Of a stretch of 64,000 nucleotides of DNA, positions 9,152 to 20,972 are shown one piece after another. How positions within the stretch are numbered: position 1 is the stretch's first letter; each line of letters opens with the position of its first letter. A program made the position numbers and the translations under genes. Origin of the DNA: Calonectris borealis (lineage: Eukaryota); the NCBI RefSeq assembly GCF_964195595.1, contig NW_027441456.1, positions 680,127-744,126 of the forward strand, given 5' to 3'. Below the pieces are notes generated by a model, which saw only the letters and a list, made by a program, of their open reading frames with translations, was not told where the DNA came from and searched no databases.

Positions 9152-10937
9152 TTTCATGTCTTCAGCAGGGTCGACTGCAGGGGCATATTTCCCAGGGGGC
9201 TGGGGGTTACCTGAGAGTCTCCAGGGCAGCAGAGTGCAAGCGGGACTGATGGGCAGTTTAGACTCTTTCCAAGCAAGAGGGCTCAAGTGTGGTTAGTGTC
9301 TCACATGTGGAAGCTGGCCCATCCCTTTGATCCCTACCCACGTCCCCTTGTCCCTAATGCTCTTAGTTCTGTGGCTGCAGGTCTATATTCTCGTTTGTCG
9401 TTGGTGTTATCACTAACACCATTATTTTTTGGCCATGAAACAACCCAGATGAGAGTCCTTGAACACCCCAACTCAATGCAGACCCTGGGCTCGTGGCTGC
9501 ACGGCTGCTTTGCTCAAGATGGGCAGTGTTATTACTCTTTCAGTAGTCTTTGCTCTGCTACTTCTACTCACCAGAGACCTTTGCTTGAGTGTTACAGAGA
9601 GGCAGCTTCTTCTCTGAACAGCAGATAGCTTCTTGGCATCATCTCCTGTGTCTTTGTCTCTGTGGCAGAGTCCAGAGATGAGGATGAGGGCATTGGTCAC
9701 ACCAAAGAGAAACTGCGGATCCTCACAGCCCTCCTGGCAATGTTGTCATGTTTCCAAAAGGAGTACCACTGCTCCTCCAGGCCTTTATCGACTGAACTAG
9801 CTGCTTCTCGGCTCAGGCAGTTCTTCAAGACTAGCTCTGTCCAAGAGGTGCTTCACGTTGCACTCCATGCTTGCTCTTCCTGTTATGGGTAAGGGTGCCT
9901 TCACGTGGAGTAACAGGGAACAACGATTGTGTTTAACTTTTGCAAACTCTAGTTGACATACAGAGGAAGAGGCAACAATTTCTATACAATTTTGGCTCTT
10001 CTTTTTTTTTAATGAAACCACAAAATTAAAAAAAAAAAAAGAGAAAGACTGATTCTAATATTTCTTGGGAGTTGATTCTTACACAAAAAGCACCTCTTAG
10101 AACATAGATTCAAATCATGTGCTTGTGACCTTTATGTGTCTTCTATGGGACTCAAGGGACTCAGGTGTCTCCTAAATGACTTCTTCTTGAGCGCAGTGTA
10201 CACAGGAGGGGGCACTTGTTGGCTAAAGAGAAGCCTGTGTTCTGGTGGGGCTCTGCAGAGCCCTGACTTGCATCCAGTGCTTCTAGAGAGTCTCATTAAT
10301 GACTGAAGGGATGGAGGGGGCTCTTTACAGAATGAGTCTGGGCAGGTTTGAAAGCAGTTTGGATGAGAAGCTCAGAATTTGAAATTGTGTTGTAAAATTG
10401 GAGGAAAGAGACTAGTCTGTTCTCCGTGTACACTACGAGTAAGAGGGGCGAGATGGCAGCAAAGAGGACTTGTGTTTGACTACAGTTTCTCCCAGGAAGG
10501 ATGCAGAAACCTTGGAACAGAGTCATGGGATTGCTCGCGCCCCTCCTGGCACTGAAGCTCTCCCATATGCCTCTCCACTGCCTGAGAAAGTCCTTCAGGA
10601 CGAGGAATAGTCTGCTTTGGGGAATAGCAGTAGCAAGACAGGGCTTCCTTCATTTCCCTCCTGTCCTTTACAGGTATCTGACCCAAGGGTTACAATGCCA
10701 CGTGTGGTATAGCATGTGACACTTCTTGTGACTCTCTTTACCCATTATGGTAAACCTGATGGAACAAGGTGTCAGGACAGCTCAACATCAAAAATTGCAG
10801 CTTATACATCTATATTACACTTCCCTGCTACAGCCTTTGCCCTCGTCTGTATTGCAAAGGCCTCTTTAATTTTATGAATTGGTTTGTGCAGAAGGGAGTA
10901 TGAATTTAGGAAAAAAACCCAAACAGTAAGTAATAAA

Positions 10938-11286
10938 GCCATGGAATCACAGAACCATGGAATCACAGAATGGTTTGCATTGGAAGAGACCTTTAAAGAT
11001 CATCTAGTTGCAACCCCGCCCACAGCAGGGACATCTTCCACTAGCTCAGGTTGCTCAACGCCCCGTCCAACCTGACCTTGAACACTTCCAGGAATGGGGC
11101 ATCCACAACTTCTCTGGGCAACCTGTTCCAGTGTCTCAGCACCCTGATCATAAAAAATCTCTTCCTGATGTCAAATCTAAATCTTCCCTCTTATAGTTTA
11201 CAGCCATTACTCCTTGTCCTATCACTACAAGCCCTGGTAAAAAGTCTCTCTCCATCTTTCTTATAAGCCCCCTTTAGGTATTTGTC
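10938..11286 (-). mobile_element. CR1 LINE 3' portion (ORF2 C-terminus + 3'UTR), distal piece of a CR1 split by a nested LTR
   Basis: The reverse complement encodes '..YLKGGYKKDGERLFTRACSDRTRSNG..', and the antisense ORF '[27 protein letters not shown]' is typical of CR1 ends. The 3' end reads 'catggaatcacagaa'. Confidence 0.85.
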
Positions 11287-11863
11287 ATGGTGTAACCCCG
11301 ATGGGCAGCTAAGCACCATACAGCCATTCACTCACTCGCCCCACAATGGGACGGGGGAGAGAATCAGACGGGTAAAAGTGAGAAAACTAATGGGTTGAGA
11401 TATAGACATTTTAATATGCAAAGTAAAAGCTGCACACTTCATTCACTACTTCCCATTGGCAGGCAGGTGTTTAACCATCCCCATGCATAATAACTACTTG
11501 GGAAGACACATGCCGTATCTCTGAATGTGCTACCCTTTCTTCTTATCCCAGCTTTTATTTCTGAGCATGACATCGTATGGTATGGAATACCCCTTTGGTC
11601 ATTTGGGGTCAGCTGTCCCAGCTGTGTCCCCTCCCAAATTCTTGTGCATCCCCAGCCTACTCGCTGGCGGGGCAGTATGAGGAGCAGAAAAGGCCTTGAT
11701 GGTGTGCAAGCACTGTTCAGCAAGAAATAAAAAATCCCTCTGTTACCAACACTGTTTTCATTGCAAATCCAAAACACAAATCCCCACACTAGCGACTATG
11801 AAGAAATTTAACTCTGTCCCACTCAAATCCAGTACAGTATTGAAAGGCCATGATAAGGTGTCC
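11287..11863 (-). mobile_element. Solo LTR, family LTR-B (related to LTR-A), nested in a CR1 ORF2
   Basis: Its reverse complement aligns along its length with the + strand LTR at 13245-13840. It shares terminal motifs with LTR-A ('tgtactgg..tgggacagagttaa', '..atgtcatgctcag.ataaaagc', '..ctcaaccca..ttctctccccc'). Confidence 0.75.
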
Positions 11864-12530
11864 CCAGAGCCTTCTCTTCTCCGGGCTGAACAACCCCAAT
11901 TCTCTCAACCTTTCTTCATAGGAGAGGTATTCCAGCTCTCAGATCGTTTCCGTGGCCCTCCTCTGGACCCACTCCAACAGGTCCATGTCTTTCCTGTGCA
12001 GGGGGCTCCAGAGCTGGACACAGTGCTCCAGGGGGGGTCTCACAAGAGCAGAGTAGAGGGAGAGAATCACCTCCCTCGACCTGCTGGCCATGCTTCTTTT
12101 GATGCAGCCCAGGAAACGGTTGGCCTTCTGGGCTGCGAGCACACATTGCCGGCTCACGTCCAAGTTCTCATCCACCAGTATCCTCAAGTCCTTCTCGGCA
12201 GGGCTGCTCTCAATCCCTTCATCCCCCACACTGTACTGATAGTGAGGATTGCCCCAACCCAGGGGCACTTGGCCTTCTTGAACTTCATGAGGTTTGCATG
12301 GACCACCCCCCCAAGCCTGTTGAGGTCCCTCTGGAGGGCATCCCTTCCCTCCAGCCAATCAACTGCACCACTCAGCTTGGTGTCGTCTGCAATCTTGCTG
12401 AGGGTGCACTCAATCCCACTGTCTATGTCGTTGATGAAGATATAAAATAGTATTGGTCCCAGCACAGACCCATGATGGACATCATTCGTAACTGGCTTCC
12501 ACTTGGACATTGAGCCATTGACTGTAACAC
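11864..12530 (-). mobile_element. CR1 LINE ORF2 (RT C-terminal region), proximal piece of the CR1 split by LTR-B
   Basis: Minus-strand ORFs read '..LGPILFYIFINDIDSGIECTLSKIADDTKL..' and '..[48 protein letters not shown]'. The sequence continues from '..EKRRLWG' to '..YLKGGYKKDGE' across the LTR. Confidence 0.85.
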
Positions 12531-12539
12531 TGTTGAGAG

Positions 12540-13150
12540 ATGCTATTGGTAATGCAGATAGCGCTGCTGATGCCATAGCAGATGCAGATACCATTCCAGA
12601 TGCAGACACCATTGCAAAGGGGGTTGCAGATTCAAATACCACTGCAGAAACCTTTGCATATACCTTTGCAGATGCTCCTACCATTATTGATAATGTTGCC
12701 AATGCAGATACCAAAGCAAATACCTCTGCAGATCAGATGCCATTTCAGATGCTGATTCCATTGCAGCAACCGCTGCAGATACCATTGCTGATGCAAAGTC
12801 AGATGCAAGTACAATGGGAGAAGCAGATGCCATTGCAGATGCAGACATCACTGAAGATGCAGAGGCCATTGCAGATACTCTTACCATTACAAATGCCATT
12901 ACAGCTGCAGGTAGCACTGCAGATGTTGATGCCATTGCAAATGCCATTGCGGATGCAGATACCGTTGCAGATACTGATCCTATTGCAGATATGATAATCT
13001 TACACATATCAATGCAGATACAATTACCATTACAGATGCAATCACCAATACCATTACAGATCCCAATACCAGTACAGAGACAGCGGTACCATTACAGATA
13101 GTCAAACTGATACCGAGACCATCAGTGGTACAGATACCATTAGAGATAGG
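12540..13150. repeat. Degenerate 12-15-bp minisatellite (GCAGATGCCATT-like), ~610 bp; copy 2 at 34434-35044
   Basis: Repeats of 'attgcagatgcc/ attgcagatac' give low-complexity ORFs rich in A-D-A-I on the + strand and M-A-S-A on the - strand. Confidence 0.8.
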
Positions 13151-13244
13151 GTTGCTTATACTATTTCAGCTAGCGAGAGAATTACTCATGCACATACATT
13201 AACCAAATACATGTACACATACGGAAACCATTGCAAGCACATGT

Positions 13245-13840
13245 GCAGATACAGGCTCTGGATGGGATGGCGTTAACTTTCCCCATAGCAGCTCTCATAG
13301 TGCTGTGCTTTGGTTTTGTGTTTAGAATGGTGTTAATAACACAGCAATGTTTTGGCTGCTGCTGAGCAGTGCTCGCACAGCAGCAAGGCTGTCTCTCCAG
13401 CCACCTGCCTCAAAGGCCGGTAGGCTGGGGGTGGGCAAGAGGCTGGGAGGGGACACAGCCAGAACAGCTGACCCAAACTAACCAAAGGGATTTTCTGTAC
13501 CATATGACGTCATGCTCAGCATTAAAAGCTAAGAGAAAGGGGACGGGGGCATTCATTATTAAGGCATTTATCTACTGAAACAACCGCTATGCATACTGAG
13601 GCCCTGCTTCCCAGGAAGTGCTGGACGTGGCCTGCTGATGGGAAGTAGAGAATATTTTTTTTGTTTCCATTGCTTCCACATGCAGCCTTTGCTTTTCTTT
13701 ATTAAACTGCCTTTAGCTCAACCCACAAGTTTTCCATCTTAATTTCTCCCCCAGTCCTGCTGAGGAGGAGGAGTGATAGAGCGGCTTGGTGGGCACTTGG
13801 CAACCAGCCAAGGTCAACCCACCCCACTGATGAACAATAG
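13245..13840 (+). mobile_element. LTR, family LTR-B, + orientation (inverted relative to 11287-11863); possibly the 5' LTR of the adjacent rearranged ERV
   Basis: 'ggatgggatggcgttaactttcccc...accatatgacgtcatgctcagcattaaaagc...agctcaacccacaagttttcc..ttctcccccagtcc'. Confidence 0.7.
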
Positions 13841-13875
13841 CTAGTTTCTTTGGCAATCGTATAGTTTTTAACAGC

Positions 13876-14409
13876 TCAGTACTTACTCTCACTGGAAGTT
13901 ATAAAGCTACGCTGCTTCCATAACTGTCCACTGGTGTGGCATACTTCAAATGCATACCAAGAATCAGTACAAATATTTGCAGTCTTTTCTTTGGACAGCT
14001 GGAAAGTCTTTGTTAATGCAATCAATTCTGCTGCGTGTGCACTCAGCTTCAGACTGAGTGGTGAAGCCCTTACTACTTTATTTTCAGTAGTTTCTGAATA
14101 ACCTCTAACCGAGTTACCGCTCAGATAATGTGTGGACCCATCTACACGTAGTTCAAGACCTGGATGTGGAAATGGTACATCTGTTAAATATTTTAAAGTC
14201 TTTTTGTCTTCACAAGCTGTTACCACACCATTGTGATGTGGAGTTTCTTCCCCAGGAGGAGGAAGTAGACTAGCAGGATTCAGCATGTTACATTGCTTAA
14301 TTGTTATGTTTTCCACCGGTAAGAGAATCAGCTCATAATGATGTATTCGCTGTGGTGACAGTGCCTGGGTAAGGTGCTGTGACAGCAGCATTTCAATTTC
14401 CTTCCCCAA
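13876..14409 (-). pseudogene. Inverted fragment of a retroviral pol (RT connection + RNase H) from a family distinct from ERV-B
   Basis: The minus-strand ORF contains '..SAHAAELIALTKTFQLSKEKTANICTDSWYAFEV..', an RNase H signature. It shows no similarity to the ERV-B RNase H downstream. Confidence 0.7.
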
Positions 14410-16712
14410 AATTTGAGATCAAAAAACAAGTTATGCCAGGATGGCAACCGGGCCTGCCTGTCCAGCAAGTGAAATCCTATCAATGGAAAAATGACAATAG
14501 CCCATATATTTTAATTCCAGTTGGCCCTCAACAACAATTGGTAAAATTTCTAATAGATACAGGAGCACAAATTTCAATATTGACACAACAAGATGCCGAG
14601 AAGCTGGATGTACAACCTGGGGGACAAAGAGTTAAAATCACTGGAGTGAACGGAGCAAGTGTTATGTGCCAAACTGCAAAAGTTAATTTTTGGCTCCCGG
14701 GCAAGAAGCACATGTTGTCTACTCACTTTGCAGTTAAAGATCACAATGAGAATATTTTAGGTTTTGATGTTTTGAATGGCCGAACCTGGCATCTGCCAGA
14801 AGGCAGCCTGTGATCCTTTGCTTCAAATGTCGACCCTAACCCTGATACAAAGCGGAAGGTTTACAGCGCGTTTATGAATGCTGTAGCACTCCGTGCAGCC
14901 CCTGCACTCCCTGATTCAAAAACACCAACGTGCCGCAGTATCCCATTTCTGGTGCTGCACGAGCTGGAATCTCTGAAGTAATAGCAGATTTGCAAAAGTG
15001 GCACATTATCTCCAGAAACCACTCCCCCTATAATTCACCGGTTTGGCCAGTCGGAAAACCGGATGGGAGGTGGCATCTAACAATTGACTATCGGTGCTTA
15101 AATGCCAACACAGCTCCACTAACGGCGGCAGGACCCAATATTGCACCTTTAACAGCCACACTACAAGCAGCCACACCCCCATGGATGGCAGCGCTAGATA
15201 TAAAGGATATGTTCTTTATGGTTCCCTTGCAAGCAAAAGGATAAAGAGAAATTTGCTTTTACTTGGGAAAGTATACAATACCCCACAGGGGTATAAACGT
15301 TCACCCACCATTGCTCATGCTGCGCTTGCTGAACTTTACAAACCGTCTCACTTCCTCAGAATGTGAAACTGTACCAATATATAGATGATATTCTAATTGG
15401 AGGAGATTCCCCTGAAGAGGCAGGGGAAGCCGCAGCAACAGTGTGGCAAGCGCTACATAAAGCACAAGTTGAAATCCCACCTGAGAAATGTCAGGGACCA
15501 AGTAGAGAGGTAAAATTTTTAGGTACTTGGTGGATTGCAGGTGGTGCAACAATTCCACCAGACACCCTAAGTAAAATGGAACAATTGCAGATGCCCCAGT
15601 CGAGGAAAGAATTACAAGAGCTTATGGGTACTTCAGGGTGCTGGAGGAAACATGCACCTGGATTTTCTATCATTGCTTGGCCACTCTACTCACTTTTATG
15701 AAAGGGAAAGCCATGGAAATGGAACCAGAACATGAAGAGGCAGTGAAATCTCTACTACAGGGATTAAAACCACATCAGTCATTGGGACCAGTACAACCCC
15801 ACGACCCTATGGTAAGGATGGGGTTTTGCTGAACATGGTACTTATTGTAACCTGTTCCAAACTGGCCCTGATGGACTGAAAAGACCTTAGATGTTCAGCT
15901 CAACTGCATTGAAAGAGACAGAACAGAGGTATTCCAAGTGGGAAAAGGGACTGTTGTCTTTAGTCCGAGCAGTGAGACAAGCTGAGAAAGTACACCAGGA
16001 ACAACCTGTTCAAACCAGAGGTCCATTTAACTTACTAGAAGCAATCCTAAAGGGGACTGCTCCCCCAGAAGGAGTTGCACAAAACCCCACAGTCAGAAAA
16101 TGGTATGCCTACTTAACAGGAATTACAGAAGAAATGAATTTAACAGAAAGACATACTAAAGCTCCCAAGTTACAGATGCCTATAAACACAGACTCATTAG
16201 CGTTGCAACAACCCTTTAAACCCTCACCAATTTTAAATGCACCTCCCCTCACCGAGGGAACACCAACAGAAGACATTTGGTTTACTGATGCCTCAGCAAG
16301 AAGAATAGATGGCAAATGGCAATACAAGGCTGCTGCATTAAACATTAAACACAACACTGGCAAGCAAATTATAGAAGAAGGTGAAGGTAGTGCACAAATA
16401 GGAGAATTAAGGGCAGTTGTTCTAGCAGCACAAAACGGAGCCAAAGTTATCTATGTCGACTCCTACGCTGTGTGGGCAGGTGCCACACAATGGCTTTGTC
16501 AACGGGAAGCCCCGAACTGGGAAGTAAACAGATCTCCAGTTTGGAGAACTCAAGGTTGGCAACTATTATTAAATATAGCCGGGAAAACTCCATTCAAGAG
16601 GGGATGGGTGAAAGCTCACGCCAAAAATAATAAGCCAGCCACAAACTGGAATCAAAAGGTAGATGAATTGGCAAAGATTAGAAAGATTAAAAATAGGAGA
16701 TTCCTTAAATTC
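14380..16712 (+). mobile_element. ERV-B internal remnant: protease-RT-RNase H, frameshifted, no gag/IN/3' LTR; copy 2 at 36274-38607
   Basis: Protease 'LIDTGAQISILT' (14379-14813), RT 'WPVGKPDGRWHLTIDYRCLN' and 'YQYIDDILIGG' (14930-15701), and RNase H 'FTDASARRIDGKWQYKAAA...' (15891-16715). Confidence 0.85.
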
Positions 16713-16893
16713 TGAGTGGTGGAAGAGATTGCCCAGAGATGCTGTGGATGCCCTGGAAGCGATCAAGGTCAGGCTGGATGGGGCTTTGAGCAACCTGATC
16801 TAGTGGAAGATGTCCCTGCCCATGGCAGGGGGGTTGGACTAGGTGATCCTTAAAGGTCCCTTCCAAACCAAATCATTCTATGATTCTATGACC
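16712..16893 (+). mobile_element. CR1 LINE 3' end (last ~25 codons of ORF2 + 3'UTR) directly abutting the truncated ERV-B
   Basis: 'gtggtggaagagattgcccagagatgctgtggatgcc..ggttggactaggtgatccttaaaggtcccttccaaaccaaatcattctatgattctatga'. Confidence 0.85.
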
Positions 16894-17959
16894 TGGGGGC
16901 ATCTGTGGAGGCTGGTGGGGCATTTGTTTGGCCAACGGAAATGGCAGCAGATGCCCACATTTAGGACGTCAGAACCTGTCCCTGTCTGTTATTTTTTGGG
17001 CAGCCTGTGCAGGGATACCTCTGATCAAATGGTGTCATGTACCACAGCGAGACCTGAGTTTCTGTCTCTCTTTCCCATCAGCTGGGTTTACTAGATCCCC
17101 ATTGACTAGAATGACGGTGGTCTCATGAACATCCCCACATGGCCTGATCAAATTCAGGACAGTTACTTGATTTACTGGCAAAATACAGGCCTGTAATTCT
17201 ACGTGAGATGCCAAGGTTCACAAAAACCTACATGCGGCTGGCAGGTACAGCACAGGAAAGCCATCCACATTCAGAGCGAGAGTGTGTCAGACACCCCAGA
17301 CAGCACTGCAGACAGACTGGGTGCCTTTGTGCAAGCCACTGGTTGCTACCACTGCAGTGCCGCAAGGTCTGTCCCTTCTCTGTCCAGTAGATAGAGGGCA
17401 GTCCAGGAATACAAGGCGCGTCACGCTGGGGTCTCCACTCATGTGCCTACGCTCTCAAACTGCTGCTATTTTCTCTCCCCCATCCTTTACTCACCCACTT
17501 GAAAATACAGTCAAGGAACAGACCAACAATTTTCACAGTGTCCCTGTCAGCAGCACCTTGTCGCTCCTGGAGATGGGCTTCACCTCCACCAAAGACCCGC
17601 AGGGGCAGCAGAGACACCACTGACAGCAAACCCGTTTCTTTCCAGGGCTGCACTTCCCAGCCCTGTTTCTCTCTGTCCTTGGGGACAGCAGGGTTTGCTC
17701 ACTCTCTTGGTGTCCCATTTCATCTTTGTGTTTCCATCTGCCGACCACGCCGTCATGTCTCTGCTCTGAAGCAAAGCCTTTGCACGCTCCGGGACTTGGA
17801 CACGTCGTAGCAGGTTTCCCAAAAACAAGGCAGAATTGGCCTGGAGCCACGCCTGAGGTGCTGCAGCCCAAACGTGCCCTGATGCCCTCAGCCAGGGGCA
17901 CAGCCAGGATGATCTGGAGCCTGTGCTTTTTGACATCGATGGAGTAACTGCCACGGCAT

Positions 17960-19245
17960 GGTGGGACAAGTCACACAGCTTGGGGTGCTGCAGTGGATGG
18001 ATACAGGCTTTTCCGGAGAGACTGGCTGGAAGGATCCAGAGTGGGGTTCCTTCAAAGCGAAGAAGCTGCTTGGATGTATGGAGCTCCTCTATTGGGCGGG
18101 TGACAATTTGGGTGAGCCCTTGTGGGTGAGGGTCAGAGAAGAGGCCAGTAAACGTGGCATCGTGGTGTGACATAACCTGCAGTCAGGGTAAGGAAGCAGG
18201 CATAGTCTTTTCTAAGCCCACCAAGGAAGTCTCTGGATGTATAGGCCTGGGTCTCACTGGGGACTTTAATGACCCTGGCATTTTCTGGAAGGGGAACAAC
18301 AGCAGCATGCAAACAGCCCAGGCACTTTCTTGAAGTGTTTTGGGACAACTTCCTAGCACAGCTGCCAGATGGGCCAAAGAAGGTAATGCAAACCTGGATC
18401 TGATGCTTGCAAGCAAGGCAGAGCTGGCCAGGGATGTCAAGGTCGGTGTAAGCCTTGGCTGTTGCGACCCTGAAATAATGAGGTCCCAGCTCTCGAGGAG
18501 AGTGAGTAAGGAAAGTAGAAGACTGCAGGCGCTGGACATCAGAGGAGCAGACTTTGGCCTATTCTGGGGAGTTTTAGTGGGAATCTCATGGTCAGCAGCA
18601 CTGAAGGGCAGCAGAGCTCAGTACAGCTGGTCTTCAAGGACAGCATCCTCCAAGCACAGCAATGGTCCATATCAAAACTCAGCTGAAACTTGAAAATGAA
18701 TTCAAGGGCACCATAACGAGCTGTTACTCCTTCAGGAACAGTTCAAAAAGAAGCAACTATAACATGGGATCACTGCTAAATTTAGTAGGAGTAGGTATAG
18801 ACAGAGATGAGATATTCTGTGCACTCTTTATCTCAGTTTTCATCACAAGCTTTCCCAGACCTTTGTGCCTCAAGGCAGGACTCTGGAGGAGAACAGCAGT
18901 CAGCAGTGGATGGGAATCAAATCAGGGGCTACTGGAGCAAAGCCAAGCCTTACCAGTCCGTGGGGCGAGAGCGGCTGCATCCAAGGGTGCTGAAAAAGCC
19001 AGACAATGTCCCAGTGAGGCCACTCTGCATCATCTTTCAAAGGTTATCATCACAGGCCCACAGGGAGGAAGTGAGATTCTCTTTCTGGTCCTGGAATTGG
19101 CTGGCCAAACCATCCACAGCTGGTGCCTCCATGTCTGTCCAGCTCTTTAGCACCAGGGTGTTGGCATATGTTAAGCGGCTATCAATTGCCATCCACCTGG
19201 TTTGCATTTATCTCAAAGGCAGCCTTGACCTCTCCTAAGTCAATA
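17960..19245 (+). mobile_element. CR1-like LINE ORF2 fragment (endonuclease C-terminus to RT N-terminus), decayed; copy 2 at 39860-41145
   Basis: It contains '..LDLMLASKAELARDVKVGVSLGCCDPEI..LDIRGADFGLFWGVLVGISW..', matching the CR1 endonuclease end. It also contains '..SEATLHHLSKV..', matching the RT start. Confidence 0.65.
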
Positions 19246-20134
19246 TTCCTCAGTTATGACGGTGCATACAATTCATCAATTCTTTTCAAAATAACTTCAG
19301 AATACAAGTAACATCTCAGCTTATTTAAGTATGATAAATAATTCAACACTGCGTAACTTAGCTATCTAGTAAATAACACACAAAGCAGAAGCAGTCAAAA
19401 TGAAAATCTTCCAGGTGACTGCCTGCTCTTTGGGCAATTTCCAAAGCAAATATTCAAGTCAGTCACCTTAAATCTTTTCACACCCGATCCACAACAGAGC
19501 TCTTATTTATAGTTTGTGTCCCGTAAAGATATAACCATATCCATAACCCTTAAAAAGGACATATAATGTCAATGAAGAAGCTGAGCCATTTATCTCTGAT
19601 AATGAACCACTTATCAGTGTATTTTTATTTCTCTGAAGCCATGACAGGAGTCTCTATCATCATGGGAACAAAACCAGTGACACATTGGTTTCACTGAAAT
19701 TCAGGCAAACCTCCTACTGACTTCAAAACCTAAACCAGATCTTCACCACCAGCCTTTGATTCCCAGCTTGTGTTTCATAAAAATAAATTATCCTCACATC
19801 CTCATAGACAGAGGACTAAAATAAAGCACTATTTTACTTTCAGTAACGGTGATTGGGAAGCACAGCGTGGTAGCTTGAATTACTGTGGCACATAACAAAG
19901 AGAGGATGAGTTTACAGGGGAACGTGCCAGCCTTATGAAGTATTCATGGATCCGGTATGTGCTGCATCTCCTGATTGAGACCTTACTCACCCTGTCTCCT
20001 CCCAGTTCTAGCTCACACCACCAGTAAAAATGCTGGTCTTCTCAAGATGCAGAAATAAATAAATATCTGTCCTGTTATCTATCTCTTCTGATAGTTGTGG
20101 GCGTCTACCGGGAGGCAAAACAGGGGTGCCTGAG

Positions 20135-20634
20135 TGTCCTGGTTCCGGCTGGGACAGAGTTAACCTTCTTCCCAGTAGCTTGGCGGGTGTGCTGTGTTTT
20201 GGGTTTGGTGTGAAAGGAGCGCTGATGGCCCATTGATGCTTTGGCTGTTGCTGGGTGGTGCTTGCACTGGGGGGAGCACAGCCAGAGTGGTGGACCCAGC
20301 TGGCCAATGGGGTATTCTATACCATGTGACATCATGCTCAGTATAAAAACCAGGTGTGTGGGGGGGCTCGCCCCCTCGTTCGTGACACGTGGTTGGCGGT
20401 CGGTGAGCAGTTGCATTGTGCATCGCCTGCTTTGTATATTCTGTTATTGTTGTTGTTCTCAGTGTTATTCTTACTGTTCTACTTCGTTTTATTTCAAGTA
20501 TTAAACTGTTTTTATCTCAACCCAGGAGTTTTCCTACTTGTGCCCTCCCAATTCTCTCCCCCATCCCACTGGAGGACTGGGGGGGAGGTGAGCGAGTGGC
20601 TGCATGTGGTTTATTTGCTGACGACAGTCCTTTT
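20135..20634 (+). mobile_element. ERV-A 5' LTR (LTR-A, 500 bp) copy 2
   Basis: 'tgtcctggttccggctgggacagagttaacc...tataaaaacc...attaaactg...ctcaacccaggagttttcc...gacagtcctttt' lies immediately 5' of the PBS. Confidence 0.85.
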
Positions 20635-20652
20635 TGGCGCCCAACATGGGGC
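20635..20652 (+). other. Primer-binding site, tRNA-Lys1,2 type (17/18 match to TGGCGCCCAACGTGGGGC)
   Basis: 'tggcgcccaacatggggc' lies directly after the LTR end; the same sequence is at 42534-42551. Confidence 0.7.
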
Positions 20653-20972
20653 AGCGAAGGGTTGAGATAACAACAGATTAATTAGAGCATATTAAGGAAT
20701 TTATATCTGGTAACATATTAATTTGTTCTGCACCATGCTCTTGTTTTTACTGTACCTGTTAAAGATTGGAGTTGGGTTTTGTAGTCTGCTGTGCTCTGCA
20801 GTGATTAATGATGTTTTGCCTGGGAGATTTGTTACTAAAACGCTGGCATTGGGGGTTATTTGGTATTTGGGATTTGTAATGAAGCTGTTACTATATTTCA
20901 GGTACCACCTCATGGAGACCGTTAGCAATTATACCTTTTCCTCTGAGAGATTTTTTATGGAGGAAGTAGAGA

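Noticed and set aside
9996-10040. A/T homopolymer block as a retroposed poly(A) tail (SINE or processed pseudogene)
   Set aside because: There is no recognisable upstream SINE or mRNA-derived body and no target-site duplication. I treat it as low-complexity sequence.
20635-20660. 'atggggcag' (MGQ, myristoylation-like gag start) inside the PBS region
   Set aside because: The frame stops after 8 codons ('MGQRRVEI*'). The real gag N-terminus is the long ORF starting further downstream.
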